From Paecilomyces variotii (Eukaryota): 64,000 nt of DNA. Below, in pieces: positions 53,242 through 64,000 of this stretch. Numbering within the stretch: the stretch's first letter is position 1; every line of letters starts with the position of its first letter. A model generated the notes under the pieces. It searched no databases, had not been told where the DNA came from, and saw only the letters and a list, made by a program, of their open reading frames with translations. Location: the NCBI GenBank assembly GCA_004022145.1, contig RCNU01000006.1. One strand, given 5' to 3'. The translations under genes were made by a program, and so were the position numbers.

Positions 53242-53971
53242 GGCATGCGCTCTTTTCCCTCTCTAATCCTTGTTTGTTTTCTGGTTTCGTTCTGGTGGCT
53301 CCTTATGGAACAGTTATCGCTGCTGAGATCTGCAGTTTTCTCGTTGCTGAACGATAATATGAATGAGTCTTTTTCTGCGTGCGATTTCGAAACAACCGTT
53401 ACATTACATCTGCTGCAGCCAAAGGAACACCCCGCACGTTCTTCTGTATCTACACCGCTTGAAGAACTTTGTCAGAATTCCAGTGTGCCTCGATTGGTGA
53501 TCGTCGTTCGGTGGTTACTCGCTAACTTCATTGTGTTGATAGTGAATCGCATTGCATCGTGTCGTGAAGACGCATCTTTGTGCGACGCCACCGGCGGGTA
53601 CCTTCTTACCAGAACAGATTGTTGAATGAATAACTAGAGGGGTATTCCCGTGAAGTGATTCGATCTTCTTTTTTTCTCATTCACACCTCGGCGCTTTACT
53701 TAGCTGCATTCATTCAGTATCTAGAGTAACTTGTCTAATTTCTGATTAGTGCCTTATCCACTTCTTGATGCTCAGTATCTAGCTTCTTCACCTGAAAGTC
53801 CTACCGGAACAGGATTTAGGAAAACTGTGCTGTATCCTGTAGCTCGATAAGCATTTTACCTCTTCCAAAGGCTGGGTGCTTCTGTCCCCTCGGTAGAACA
53901 GGTACCATAGGTACCCGGGAGCTCGTTCAGTAGGGAAGCCATCGAAAACAGTGACCGACCCATCTCGAGCC

Positions 53972-54652
53972 ATGGAACGGAACGAGATATCCTTGAGATC
54001 TCTCCGGGGCTCCAGACCGGAAAGCAATGCCTCTATGCGTCCCGAACACCAGAGTCTCCAGTCATCCGTCACGCACTTCCCTGGTCCTCAGTCCACTCCA
54101 GTCCCGAATAACGAGAGCTGGGTCCACCCTGCTTTTCGAACAAACAGAGATTCTTATGCGGTCTTCCACAGACCCGGCGAAGAAGAAGAACAAGAACATA
54201 GTCTCAAAACAGGCCCTGGTTCGCCGCACGAGTTTCGGAAGTCAGATGGGCTTGCATCTTCGCCTTCGCTGTTGTATCGCATCGCCTGGAGCCGGGGCTG
54301 CAAGGTTGCGACGGCACTGGCTGTGGTAGCGGTGCTAATCACTATCTTGACGCTGTCTATCTGTATCCCGAGGGGGTGTTTTCAGCACAGGAATGGGACT
54401 ACCGAGATTGGACTTGACGGTCGCACAGCCCTGACCACCACTGCTACTACTGGCCCATCTGCTGCTGAAGATACCAGCGTGTTGGCAGCCTGGCCGACTA
54501 TCACTGCCAGTGCAAGTAACATCATCCATGTCCACATGGATGCAGCGAGGGCGCAGAGTGAGCCTACAACCTTGCTGTCTGCAATCGCCCCTGGTACCTC
54601 TCCTGCGACTACTGTTGGTGTGGCAGCGACCAGCACAGATCGGGCCTTCTAG
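53972..54652 (+). CDS. Hypothetical single-pass membrane protein with Thr/Ala/Ser-rich C-terminus
   Basis: Hydrophobic VATALAVVAVLITILTLSICI segment between a polar N-terminal part and a T/A-rich tail. Confidence 0.55.
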   Translation: MERNEISLRSLRGSRPESNASMRPEHQSLQSSVTHFPGPQSTPVPNNESWVHPAFRTNRDSYAVFHRPGEEEEQEHSLKTGPGSPHEFRKSDGLASSPSLLYRIAWSRGCKVATALAVVAVLITILTLSICIPRGCFQHRNGTTEIGLDGRTALTTTATTGPSAAEDTSVLAAWPTITASASNIIHVHMDAARAQSEPTTLLSAIAPGTSPATTVGVAATSTDRAF

Positions 54653-56704
54653 ATGAGATGTTGGCGGACGCTCATTCCCAGCGGGTCTTTGCGTGATACT
54701 AGTTAAAGCTTGTCTCACACTGGGCATTGCTTTAGGGAATTAGACTGCCCAATAATGCGAGAGTAGAGGTAATTCCGGCATCGAAAAGCCCCGGGTTCGG
54801 ACGCCCGGAGATCCTGGAGAATCGTCACTTACTCACAGCCGGTACACTAAATGATTCGGAACCGGGGAGGTTATGGGGTTAGGACCACAAGAGGTGCGAA
54901 AGGCAATAATAATAATAATAAGTTCAGGAGGCCAATAGTTCGAGAACCCAGAGAACCGAGTACGATACTTACTCGACCAGGGGGAGTAGATAGTTAGATG
55001 GATGGACAGCCGGGGGAGATCTTGTTCGAGTTTAGCTGGGTCGACAGGCTCGACGATGGGGTTGAGACAAAGGATGATCGACGGCACTTGCTTGCTGGCG
55101 CTTATTTTTTAAATGGACCTCGTGAAGATCATGATGGGATGTTCGGGGAGAGCCCTAATTACGGTTTCAGAGGCATAGAGTTAATATCACCACTGGTTGC
55201 AGAAAGCTTAAGCAAACCAGGTATTGAGACGATGATGCACTGCTCAAGACTGGTTATAGACCATTAGAAAAATTGATTAAGCAAGAACCAGCATGATAGA
55301 GGACCCAGTACCTTCAACCTAATAAGTATGGCATTGAGCTATTATTCGTAGAAATAGCTCTTTGTCGTCTGATACGCATCGACGGGGCGTTTCGGTCGCG
55401 ATTCAGCCTCGGCATTGCAATCACGACATACACCGATCAATGAGGCGACCGTTCGTTTAATTTTTCTACTATCTGCTCCGTATTTCCCCTGAAGATAATG
55501 AGGTTCTAGACTAACCTGAGGCTCTGCCGTTATTATGCGCGCTCCAAACTGACGGGGCAACGTTGGCGTGCAATCGCTTGAGCTGTTGTGTGATCCTCGC
55601 CCGCATGGAGCAAACGCCCTTGTTGCCGAGGACGAGGATCACGTAGAGATCGACGAGGCAGATTATGTGCCCACAGTTAAGTCTGACCCAGCACATCCGC
55701 CTAGACTAGATAGCCCCGCTACCGCTTACGCTTGTGCGATGGAGTCGTGTGGGCAAAGCAAAAGCTCATGGAATGTGAGACCGGCCCGCGAATGCGGTCA
55801 TAGCTGTTTCCAGAACGTGTTTGTGAAACAGAGAAGACCAATATGAATGGTGCAAAAACGCCTCTCCCGCTGCACTGACGCTGGAAGCCAAAATAAACAA
55901 CAGGAAGGGAAGCTTGATCGTATCTATTGGTTTGGTCAGTAGTAGTCATAACTATCAATAGATTACCCTAACTACAACGTGGGCGCAACAAGCTCACCAC
56001 GGAGAGCACTGTTGCCGGACTCTGATCTCGCACCTTCGCTAATATACCTGGAGCTTCTTTTTTTCGAACGATTGAGGTCGCAAAAAAGGGTGAAGGATCG
56101 ACGGTCCGGCGCGGAACTAAACAAGAAAAGAGACAAAGTAAACTCCCCCCGGGGCCGCCGTCAACATAAAAGCGCCCTGAGACGAAGGTCCCACTGATCC
56201 GCCGGAAGCCAAACTGGTTGCTTGATAGTGTCTCCAGTCTGACCAGCGATCGTTGTCCCCAGGCCCCGTCTGATCGAGTGCGCAGCCGTTTCTTCCGCGC
56301 CCAGAAGTAAAATCACCGTGCAGCCCCAAACGGCACTGAGCAGTGAGGGGAATAGGTATCAGGTCGAGGATCGTGGAGCTTTGCAAGTGGGCGCCGGCCC
56401 GCGTTCGTTCAACCACCGGCGTAAGGAGCAAAGATGGATCTTCCTTGCATTCCAGGCGGCCACAGCATGTTAGTTCAATGACGTCCCCCAGACCAAGAGG
56501 TATCGCGCCGGCGATAATGAGTTTCTACCCCGTACATGGTTCTGAAAACGAGGTTAAGGAGAAATAATAGACAGTCCATAGTTCAGGATGATCGCTTCAC
56601 GGCCCTCGTATATAGCTCTGCCACAGACGCCTGCTGAAGAGAAGGATGGATGTCCGACTCGGGTCCTGCTGTTGTCTCGTTGGAACGTTCGCCGTGCCGT
56701 CAAG

Positions 56705-57913
56705 ATGCTCGTGGTACTCTTCTTACTCTCCTTAACCTCCCTTTGCTATTCCTTGACCGTGCCTTTGAAGGCTCGCGATGCGGACACCACTGCCGGTCCT
56801 GGGGGCTATGCCCATACGCATCCCACAGATCTCATGATCCATGACCCGAGTGTCATCAAGTACGGCGACAAGTACTACGCGTACGGCGTGGGCGTGTATA
56901 TCAACATCTGGGAATCATGGACTATGGACGGACCTTGGAACCTCACTGGAAGCTTGTTAGATGGGCCAGCAGCCATCAATAAAGGTGCTAACACCGAACC
57001 TTGGGCTCCCAACACGATCCAGGTCGGAGACACCTTCTACTGCTACTACGCCGTCAGCGAGGCAGGCAGCCGTGACAGTGCTATCGGTGTGGCGACCTCG
57101 AGCCATCCCGGCCCAGGTGGATGGACCGATCATGGACTGGTTTTGCAGACTGGATCCGGTGTTGGATCGCAGCAATATCCCATGAACGTGTCGAATGCCA
57201 TCGACCCCACTATCCTGATTGCGGACGTTCCTTACCTGATCTATGGTAGCTACTGGACCGGTATCTACCAGGTTCCGCTGTCAGAGGACATGCTCTCCAT
57301 GGCCGACCCCCAGTCTCCGGATGCCACTCATCTCGTCTATGCTCCCCAGGGCATTCACCCCGCCGAAGGCAGCTTTGCGACTTACCATGCTCCTTACTAT
57401 TATCTCTGGTTCAGCCATGGTCAATGCTGTGACCTGAACGCCAACGCGCTCCCCGCCGCTGGACATGAGTGAGTCGCCCTCCCAAACCTTTCATAAAGAC
57501 GAAGCTCCCTGCTTATAATAAATTTCCAAACAGATACAGTATTCGTGTCGGAAGGTCGATGGACCCCCGAGGACCGTACCTGGACAAGGATGGCACGGAC
57601 CTGGTCAATGGAGGTGGCACTATTGTGTACGCTTCCAACGACGATGTTTACGCTCCTGGCGGCGAGGGTGTCTTGAACGACGGCCAGAACGATATCCTCT
57701 TCTACCACTATGGTACGCATAACCCCTATATTATTCAAACCCCCAGGGGCAATAAAACACAACAGAAAACTAATTCTTTCCACAGTCAACACGACAGTCG
57801 GCTACGGCTTCAACCAGACCAGCATGGGCTGGAACTTCCTCGACTATCCAGACGGATGGCCAGTCGCGACATACAACCGTCCTTCAACGTCCTCCTCTTC
57901 CTACTTCTGGTGA
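56705..57913 (+). CDS. Secreted GH43 endo-1,5-alpha-L-arabinanase, 3 exons
   Basis: Signal peptide; [47 protein letters not shown]. Confidence 0.9.
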
Positions 57914-59018
57914 ACGAAGTCCGCAATTCCACTCCCTCGTCGATTATCGTCTCCTTCCACGCCCTCCTTTACCGATCCGACCTTATACATAATCTAATCC
58001 GCACATATACCGTCCCATCATCTCTATACATACTCGCGTCTATGTCATCATTTTCATATAGACCATTCATTGTCACTCGTTGCATTGGGGCGCAGCTACA
58101 TACAACCTCAGGGATTATATAGGCGTTATTTTTGGGATATTACTTTTTTTTTGCTTTTTGCGAAAGAAAAGATCGGGAACTGCGATCTGATCTGATCTTT
58201 ACGGAGATATTATAGTTCCTACATATATATAGACTTCTTGGCGAGACATTTTGGATACACATACTTGGTTTTTAATTTCTTGTTTACGTGCGCTTTTGGG
58301 AAAGTCCTCAAGGTCGAACCGAGTCAGCACAGAAAGAAAGCAGGTGTCGCGCATTTTTTGAGAATCTATCGACTTTATCTACAAAGATACCTATTCTTCA
58401 GGAAACCCTTATTTGATTTGATTTGAGTTCTTTAAGGACATTCAGCATTATTATTGTTGTTATTAATATTATAATCTTGTAAATGGACTGTACTGACGTC
58501 ACGAGATGTTTTGTTCCTTGCTTGAACTTGTTTATTTACTCCGAATATAGCCGAGGAAAAGGAGAATCGAAGAGGACGGAAGAACGCGGCAGATGACGAG
58601 GTACCCGTTCATGATATTCGGTGTCATGGAGAGCTCGTGATTGTGATATTTCTTTTTTTAGATATGAAAGGCCTTGATAATGATTGGCGTTGTTGTACAG
58701 ATGGCACAGCATGTGGGCCAATTGACTACCAGAAAATGATAATGATTTAAGTACAACGTCCATGCCTGAGGCATCTGCTCGAACATAGTTGCCGGAAAGA
58801 GTAAAGCCCAGGGGGCGGGTCTCTGACTGGTCGTTGGGCAAGTCGATCCGAGCAATATCAGATACTAACTGTTAGTAACTACTGGTGTGAAGGACGGCTT
58901 GATGGAGGAATAGGAGATGTCGATGTCGATGTAGACGTGGATTCAAATGCAGTCCCTGACGATCAGAGGGCGTGTCTAACAGGGGTATCTCTAACGTACA
59001 GAATCATGGCGCGCCGGC

Positions 59019-59868
59019 CTACAAGAAAAACAACCTGAAATGCAAGAAATTAAAAGTGAAGTCATCCAGTCATGAAAAATTGTGACGGTGTATAAAGTGA
59101 CCCAGTGAGCAGATGACCAAGCAATAGATAGACCTGAACCGCGAACTGCAAAACAACTAACCGCTCTTCTTGGGGCCTTTCATGAAAAGGATTTCCTATT
59201 GGCAACGGTTAGTCAGTCGATATGATGTTTGAAAGAAACAGTGAAGTGAAGAATGCTCATACCTCTTCGTCTTCCTCAGAGCTCGACGAGAAGTTGCGAT
59301 AATCATACTGCTCGTTCTCCTTGTCGTTCCCAGTTGCGTCCGCTTGCTGGTCCCTCGGGCACGGATCATGCTGGCGGGTGGTGGTGCTGATGTCCGTAAG
59401 AGAGACAGGACAAGAGGTCGGCAGAACCTTCGCGGCAGAGTTGCGTCGGTTGAGGCGAGGTTGTCGCCCACGCTTCTGGGAGTCATCATCATTGCTGGTC
59501 ATGCTAGGCCCGATGTCTAGCGAACTGACGTCGCTGCTGTTTGGGTGGGCAACGGCGAGGCGAGCGGCCAGACGAGACATTGAAGGTGCGGACGCCCCAG
59601 CCGAAGGACCAGGCTGGTTGGCGTTTGTCTCGTCCAATTCCATGTCGAAGATACGCTCACTGCCCTCGACATCGACGCTCTTGTTAGAGCCGTCGGAGGA
59701 GACGTCTGAACCCTCGTCGGAATCAGCTGCCCCAGCCAGTGGGATCTGGCTAGCTGCCAGTTCTGGGCGACGGGGCGGCGAGCCTGGGAGGAGGATCGCG
59801 GCCTGCACAGATGCAGGCTCGACGACCTCCTCCCCACGTCCTGGAACGTCGATGGGAACTGAACTCAT
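59019..59868 (-). CDS. Hypothetical acidic/disordered protein (203-aa first exon plus probable short 3' exons)
   Basis: GC-rich ORF with ATG; donor GTATGA at ~59262 and downstream acceptors give EILFMKRPQEER..; 3' end uncertain. Confidence 0.5.
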
Positions 59869-61863
59869 GACGCGGAGTTAGAAAATGAAGAACGGAGGCA
59901 GACGAGACTGAAGAGACAGTTGATCCCAAGATTTAAAGATGGAAACAGTGAAGCAGACGGAAGTGGGCTGAGTTCCTCGATGGCAGGCTGCTTTGAGGTG
60001 AAGGTGTTGTAGAGGACAAAGAGGAGAAACAATAAATAGAGGTTCGAGGAAATATAACAGACAGGATACTGACTCACGTCGTCGTCTCGGCGATGATGTC
60101 GCCGCCCTGCCATTCACAGATGAAAGGGGCCTCTTTGGGTCTTCCCAAACATGACTGCACCCTCCTTCACCTTTGTCGACACAATCTACAGGAGCTATGC
60201 CCTTGGCCCATTCCCAATGGGCCTTCTCCAGACTTGCAGACTTCCCTCCACCATGCCACAAAGGGCATTTTTTGCGGCCAGGTAGGGCCTTATCCCGAGC
60301 CTGTGCCTGTGCCTCATATAATTCGATAGATGCTCTATTCCGACCACGTCCCATACTCTTTGGATGGGAACAGCTCCCGGGAGAAATTTCTCCCGAAGAA
60401 GGAACAGTATCGAGAGAAGAACCACGCACAGGGGTACAGGTCAAGGGCTTTTGGGCCACCCTTTCTGAGATGTCGCAAGGAGGGCCCAAGGAAGCTTGTC
60501 CAGAAGACAGGTAAGCTGAGTGGTATATATACCATGAAAGGAAATATCCAGTAGATAGGTATCCACCCTAGTGACCAAAAGGATATATATCGAAGTAAAA
60601 GGAATCAAGGTATATATGGCTATCAAAGAGGGCCAAAGGAATAGAAAGGCTGATTGTGAAGACAGGAGAAGACAGCCAAGAAGGTATATACAGCCCACGA
60701 GGGCATGTTCATCACTGATTATCTTCCGTGGTGTTCCAGGCTCGCGATTTGCTCAACCATCGTCACATGTTACCGTGCAAGAGGATAGTCTCTGGATCTC
60801 TAGCTAGAGAGCATATATATATGCACTGTACATGAGACAGTGTCATGATTATATCAAAGGAAAAAGAAGACTGAAATGACTGAAAATCAGTCATCCTTCT
60901 GGGGTTATCTTTTAAGATAGATCATATGTCTCGCTCTTCAGGTGCAGGTGATGGTGTTCTTCTTGCTCAGTGAGAGGAAAGACGAGGTCATTTGGTCTTT
61001 GGTTCTGCTGGTGAACTACGCTATCCCGTTCTGGGAGGATAGTATCACGTGATGAAGAACAAAGGAGCACGTGAGGATGTTGCTTTATCTTCAGATAATC
61101 ATTATTATGGGACTCTACGCAGATCTATGACTGGTAACAATCTGAGACAGCCAGCATGCGAGAGCTAGAAAGCATAGTCAATATGAAAGTAGTGCCTCTC
61201 GTGTATTGCGATGCCACTCAATACCTCGCATCAGCGAAGAGCTTTCTAAGGAAAATACATACTTAACAAGCACAGAAGAGAGCGAACAACATGTCTAATA
61301 GAATGATCAAATTCCTCTCAGTCAGGAGATAACCACCAGGCTGATTCTAATGACACGATAGAACAGTCACATGCAACGTATTTGGAATATAAAACCGCCT
61401 ATCTGTGTCAAAAAGCAAACGAGATATGGGAATTACACTTTTGGCACAACGCTCAAGAGCGCTGGTCGGCCAACTCTTTCAGTTGACCGACTATACAGAC
61501 GCATCAACAATCAGATCAGATGGACACAGGCAAGGTATGCTCTCAACACCCTCCAATAATATCATCCATTCCGCCTTCTGCGGCGGTTTGACATAAATTC
61601 GACTCGAGCCAGTGTCCGGCTCTGCACGATCAAAGATAAAAAGTAGACAAGATAAACACCAAGAAAACAGCCGAAGGACATTGAAAAGTAATAGAGTATT
61701 ACATGGTCACTGAAGTCCAGCGAACACAGAAGTGTATACGATCAAGCAGCAACAGGAAAATCATACACTGAGCCAGGATGCACAAGTGATGCATTACGCA
61801 TTACCCGTTGAAGAAGGATTCCCAAAACCAAATACTACCAGGTATTGAACTGACAAAGTCCTA

Positions 61864-64000
61864 TTATTCCTTGTCGGGGACTATCTTGTCCTCTTCGTCG
61901 ACACGCAGCTCGATGACCGGTAGATCGTCATCATCGTCTGCGTCCAAGGGCGGTGGGATATTCTGAATGGAGGAATCCTCGAAAGTCGTGTCTGTGTAAG
62001 AGGCCCCCGGGCCCTCGGAACTATCGCCCAATGCAGCAAGCCGAATATCTGAATCGCTGAGGTCGCCTCCTCCAACTGCCTTATTGCTCGCATCGTCGTC
62101 GAATAGGTCTTCGTCTTCACCGTCAAAGTAGGATCCCGGAGGCGCCGCGGTCATCTGCGAAGGGCCATGAGCATCTGACGCTCGATCGAAGGACCATAAA
62201 GGTTCAGTCGGGAAATTGAGGGGATTTGGGCGCATTTCGCCGCCGAAGTATTCATCTTCAAGGTCCATACCTTCCAATCGGTCTGCATGTTCGAGGCTCT
62301 GTTCCCCGGATGGAAGACCGTTGAAGTATCCCGGAGGCATGTCGTCGTCGTCATCAGCCTCCACGCTCCTCACTTGGGTTACGGCTTGCGAACCACCATC
62401 TCCCGCTTGGTGAGCTGCTCCGACTCCTGCTAAAGCGCTCGACGACCCATTGCGGGAGGAGCCGCCGAGCCGCCGGTCTTCCCCCGACGGCGAGGGAGCC
62501 CGCGAGTCCGTCTGCGAGTCAGAGTCGGTGGCTCCGCCGCGAGTCGCGGACTCGACAATTTCCTCGAGGACCTTGCCACCCAAAGGGCGGTCGGATCGAC
62601 GGCGGTAGAAGAGCAGATAGGCGGCAGAAGTTATGACCTTCTGGGGATCAATCGGCTTGGAGACATGGGAATCTAGAAGAATTAGTGCAGAGTTCAGAAA
62701 AAGATGGGCCTGCAGAAGGTGAGCTAAGCATACCATTATATTCGTTCCATTCATTAGTCATGAAATTCTTCGCAAACGCGGTGTAGTGACCTCCTCCGAG
62801 GCCACCGTAGTGATTGTCGACAGCAAAGAGATCGTAGATCATACTCTTTCCTTCTTCAGGAGCGGCTACACGACCGGTGAGGTCCAGTCCCTCGATTGGG
62901 AAGTCGACGACCACATCAATCTTGTCTCTGAAGCCACGGTTGGCGCTGAACCTCTTGAGGTGCATGACGAGAATGTCAGGCGTCTTCCAGAGCTCGAACT
63001 TCTTGCTGGCACGGCGATGTTCCTTGCAACGGGGACAGTACCACGCGTCGTTCTCCGACAGGATTTCCTCTTTTCCGAACTCGTCCAGACACTCGTTGAG
63101 TGTGATACCCTTCTTCTTGCGCGACTGTCGTAGTTGACGCTTCTTGTAGAGTTCGGGGTCCGGAACGTGTTCGACATTGGTCCATGTCGGGGCACCGCGC
63201 AACGGGTCACGATCTTTCGGAGACGCACCAAACAAGGCATCGTGAGCCTGCTCATTCCAGTCAAGCACGATTCCTTCGCCAGGGCGGATCAACGGAAGTG
63301 ATTTGCCCTTCTTCGATTCCACGATGTTTGGTCGTCCCTTACGGCTAGGTACCCGGGTGTAGTCGTCAGATCCACTCTCAGAATCATTGTTGGACCGCGT
63401 CTCGCGGCTGTCAGAGTCATCAGACTCCTCAGCAGCCTTCTGAGAGCTGGCGTCCACTGGGACACCTTCAGAGGCGTCGGCGAGCTCATCGTCACTGCTA
63501 ACAGGGCTGTTGGTACCGTCTGGGAAATGCTTCGCCTGACCTTTACCCTCCGTTCGCTTTTCGTTGACTTTCTTGATGCGAGAAGACATTAGTGGGAAGT
63601 CCTTGTTCTCGTCCACAGAGGAGAAGCCGAGAGGGACCACCTCATTGGATCGGACAATCTTCATCTGGAAGAGGTTCCGGTGACCAGCAGGAATCGCAGT
63701 TCCTGGGCGTAGGAGGTAAGGAACTGGACTTGAGTTGCTAGAAGCCTCAGGAGCCCGATCCGCATCACGCATGGAGACGTCGACGAGACCATCCTCGCCT
63801 TCCACAGACGCGGTCTTGATCTTGGAGTCGGCAGATTGAGCGTCATCATCGTTCATAACGACGGTGTCAGAATCCTCCTGTGTGCCATCGAGTTCCCCGC
63901 CAAGATCCTCGTTCAGAAGGTCACGGGTAGTCAGGGTGTCTACTTCGGCCAAAACCTTGCGGAAGATAGCATCATAATCATAGGCCTCCTCGCGGGTGAT
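61864..64000 (-). CDS. ubp12: Ubiquitin C-terminal hydrolase (USP family, Ubp12-like), 5' part outside the window
   Basis: WYCPRCKEHRRASK, PDILVMHLKRF, YDLFAVDNHYGGLGGGHYTA His box, AAYLLFYRRR; intron ~62673-62733. Confidence 0.9.

Noticed and set aside
54760-54815. GGTTCG-containing GC-rich hairpin resembling a tRNA T-arm
   Set aside because: No cloverleaf, acceptor stem or A-box could be built
15300-56500. Starship giant transposon interpretation of the island
   Set aside because: No DUF3435 tyrosine-recombinase gene at either edge and no convincing terminal direct or inverted repeats were seen
59878-60514. Overlapping ORFs upstream of the 59.9-kb gene
   Set aside because: No coherent protein signal; more likely 5' UTR or promoter sequence

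Overview
Fungal nuclear DNA with spliceosomal introns (GT..AG, CTRAC branch sites); the gene content is that of a filamentous ascomycete of the Eurotiales (inference). A conserved housekeeping block (cbr1, GIG1-like, sudA/SMC3, sudD/RIO1, atg17, sconB; 0.25-15.2 kb) and a right-hand block (GH43 endo-arabinanase, a hypothetical gene, partial ubp12; 56.7-64 kb) enclose about 41 kb of accessory-looking sequence. The accessory part contains: (i) a three-gene candidate polysaccharide module made of a divergent chitin-synthase-like GT2, a GH18 hydrolase with no signal peptide, and a UDP-N-acetylhexosamine-type nucleotide-sugar dehydrogenase; (ii) a 1.9 kb near-palindromic, extremely AT-rich foldback element with a 9-bp target-site duplication (Mutator-like), itself nested inside a 17-bp inverted-repeat pair; (iii) an SF1 (UPF1/DNA2-NAM7-like) helicase with an intron-free coding region, split by one in-frame TAG and preceded by a hierarchical tandem repeat; (iv) an ADH + aldo-keto reductase + bZIP/DUF3425 group; (v) several pseudogenes; (vi) two tandem Gly-rich low-complexity ORFs; and (vii) an 86-bp copy of sequence just 3' of sconB repeated 14.7 kb downstream. 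Exon boundaries were read by eye and are approximate; no database search was run.
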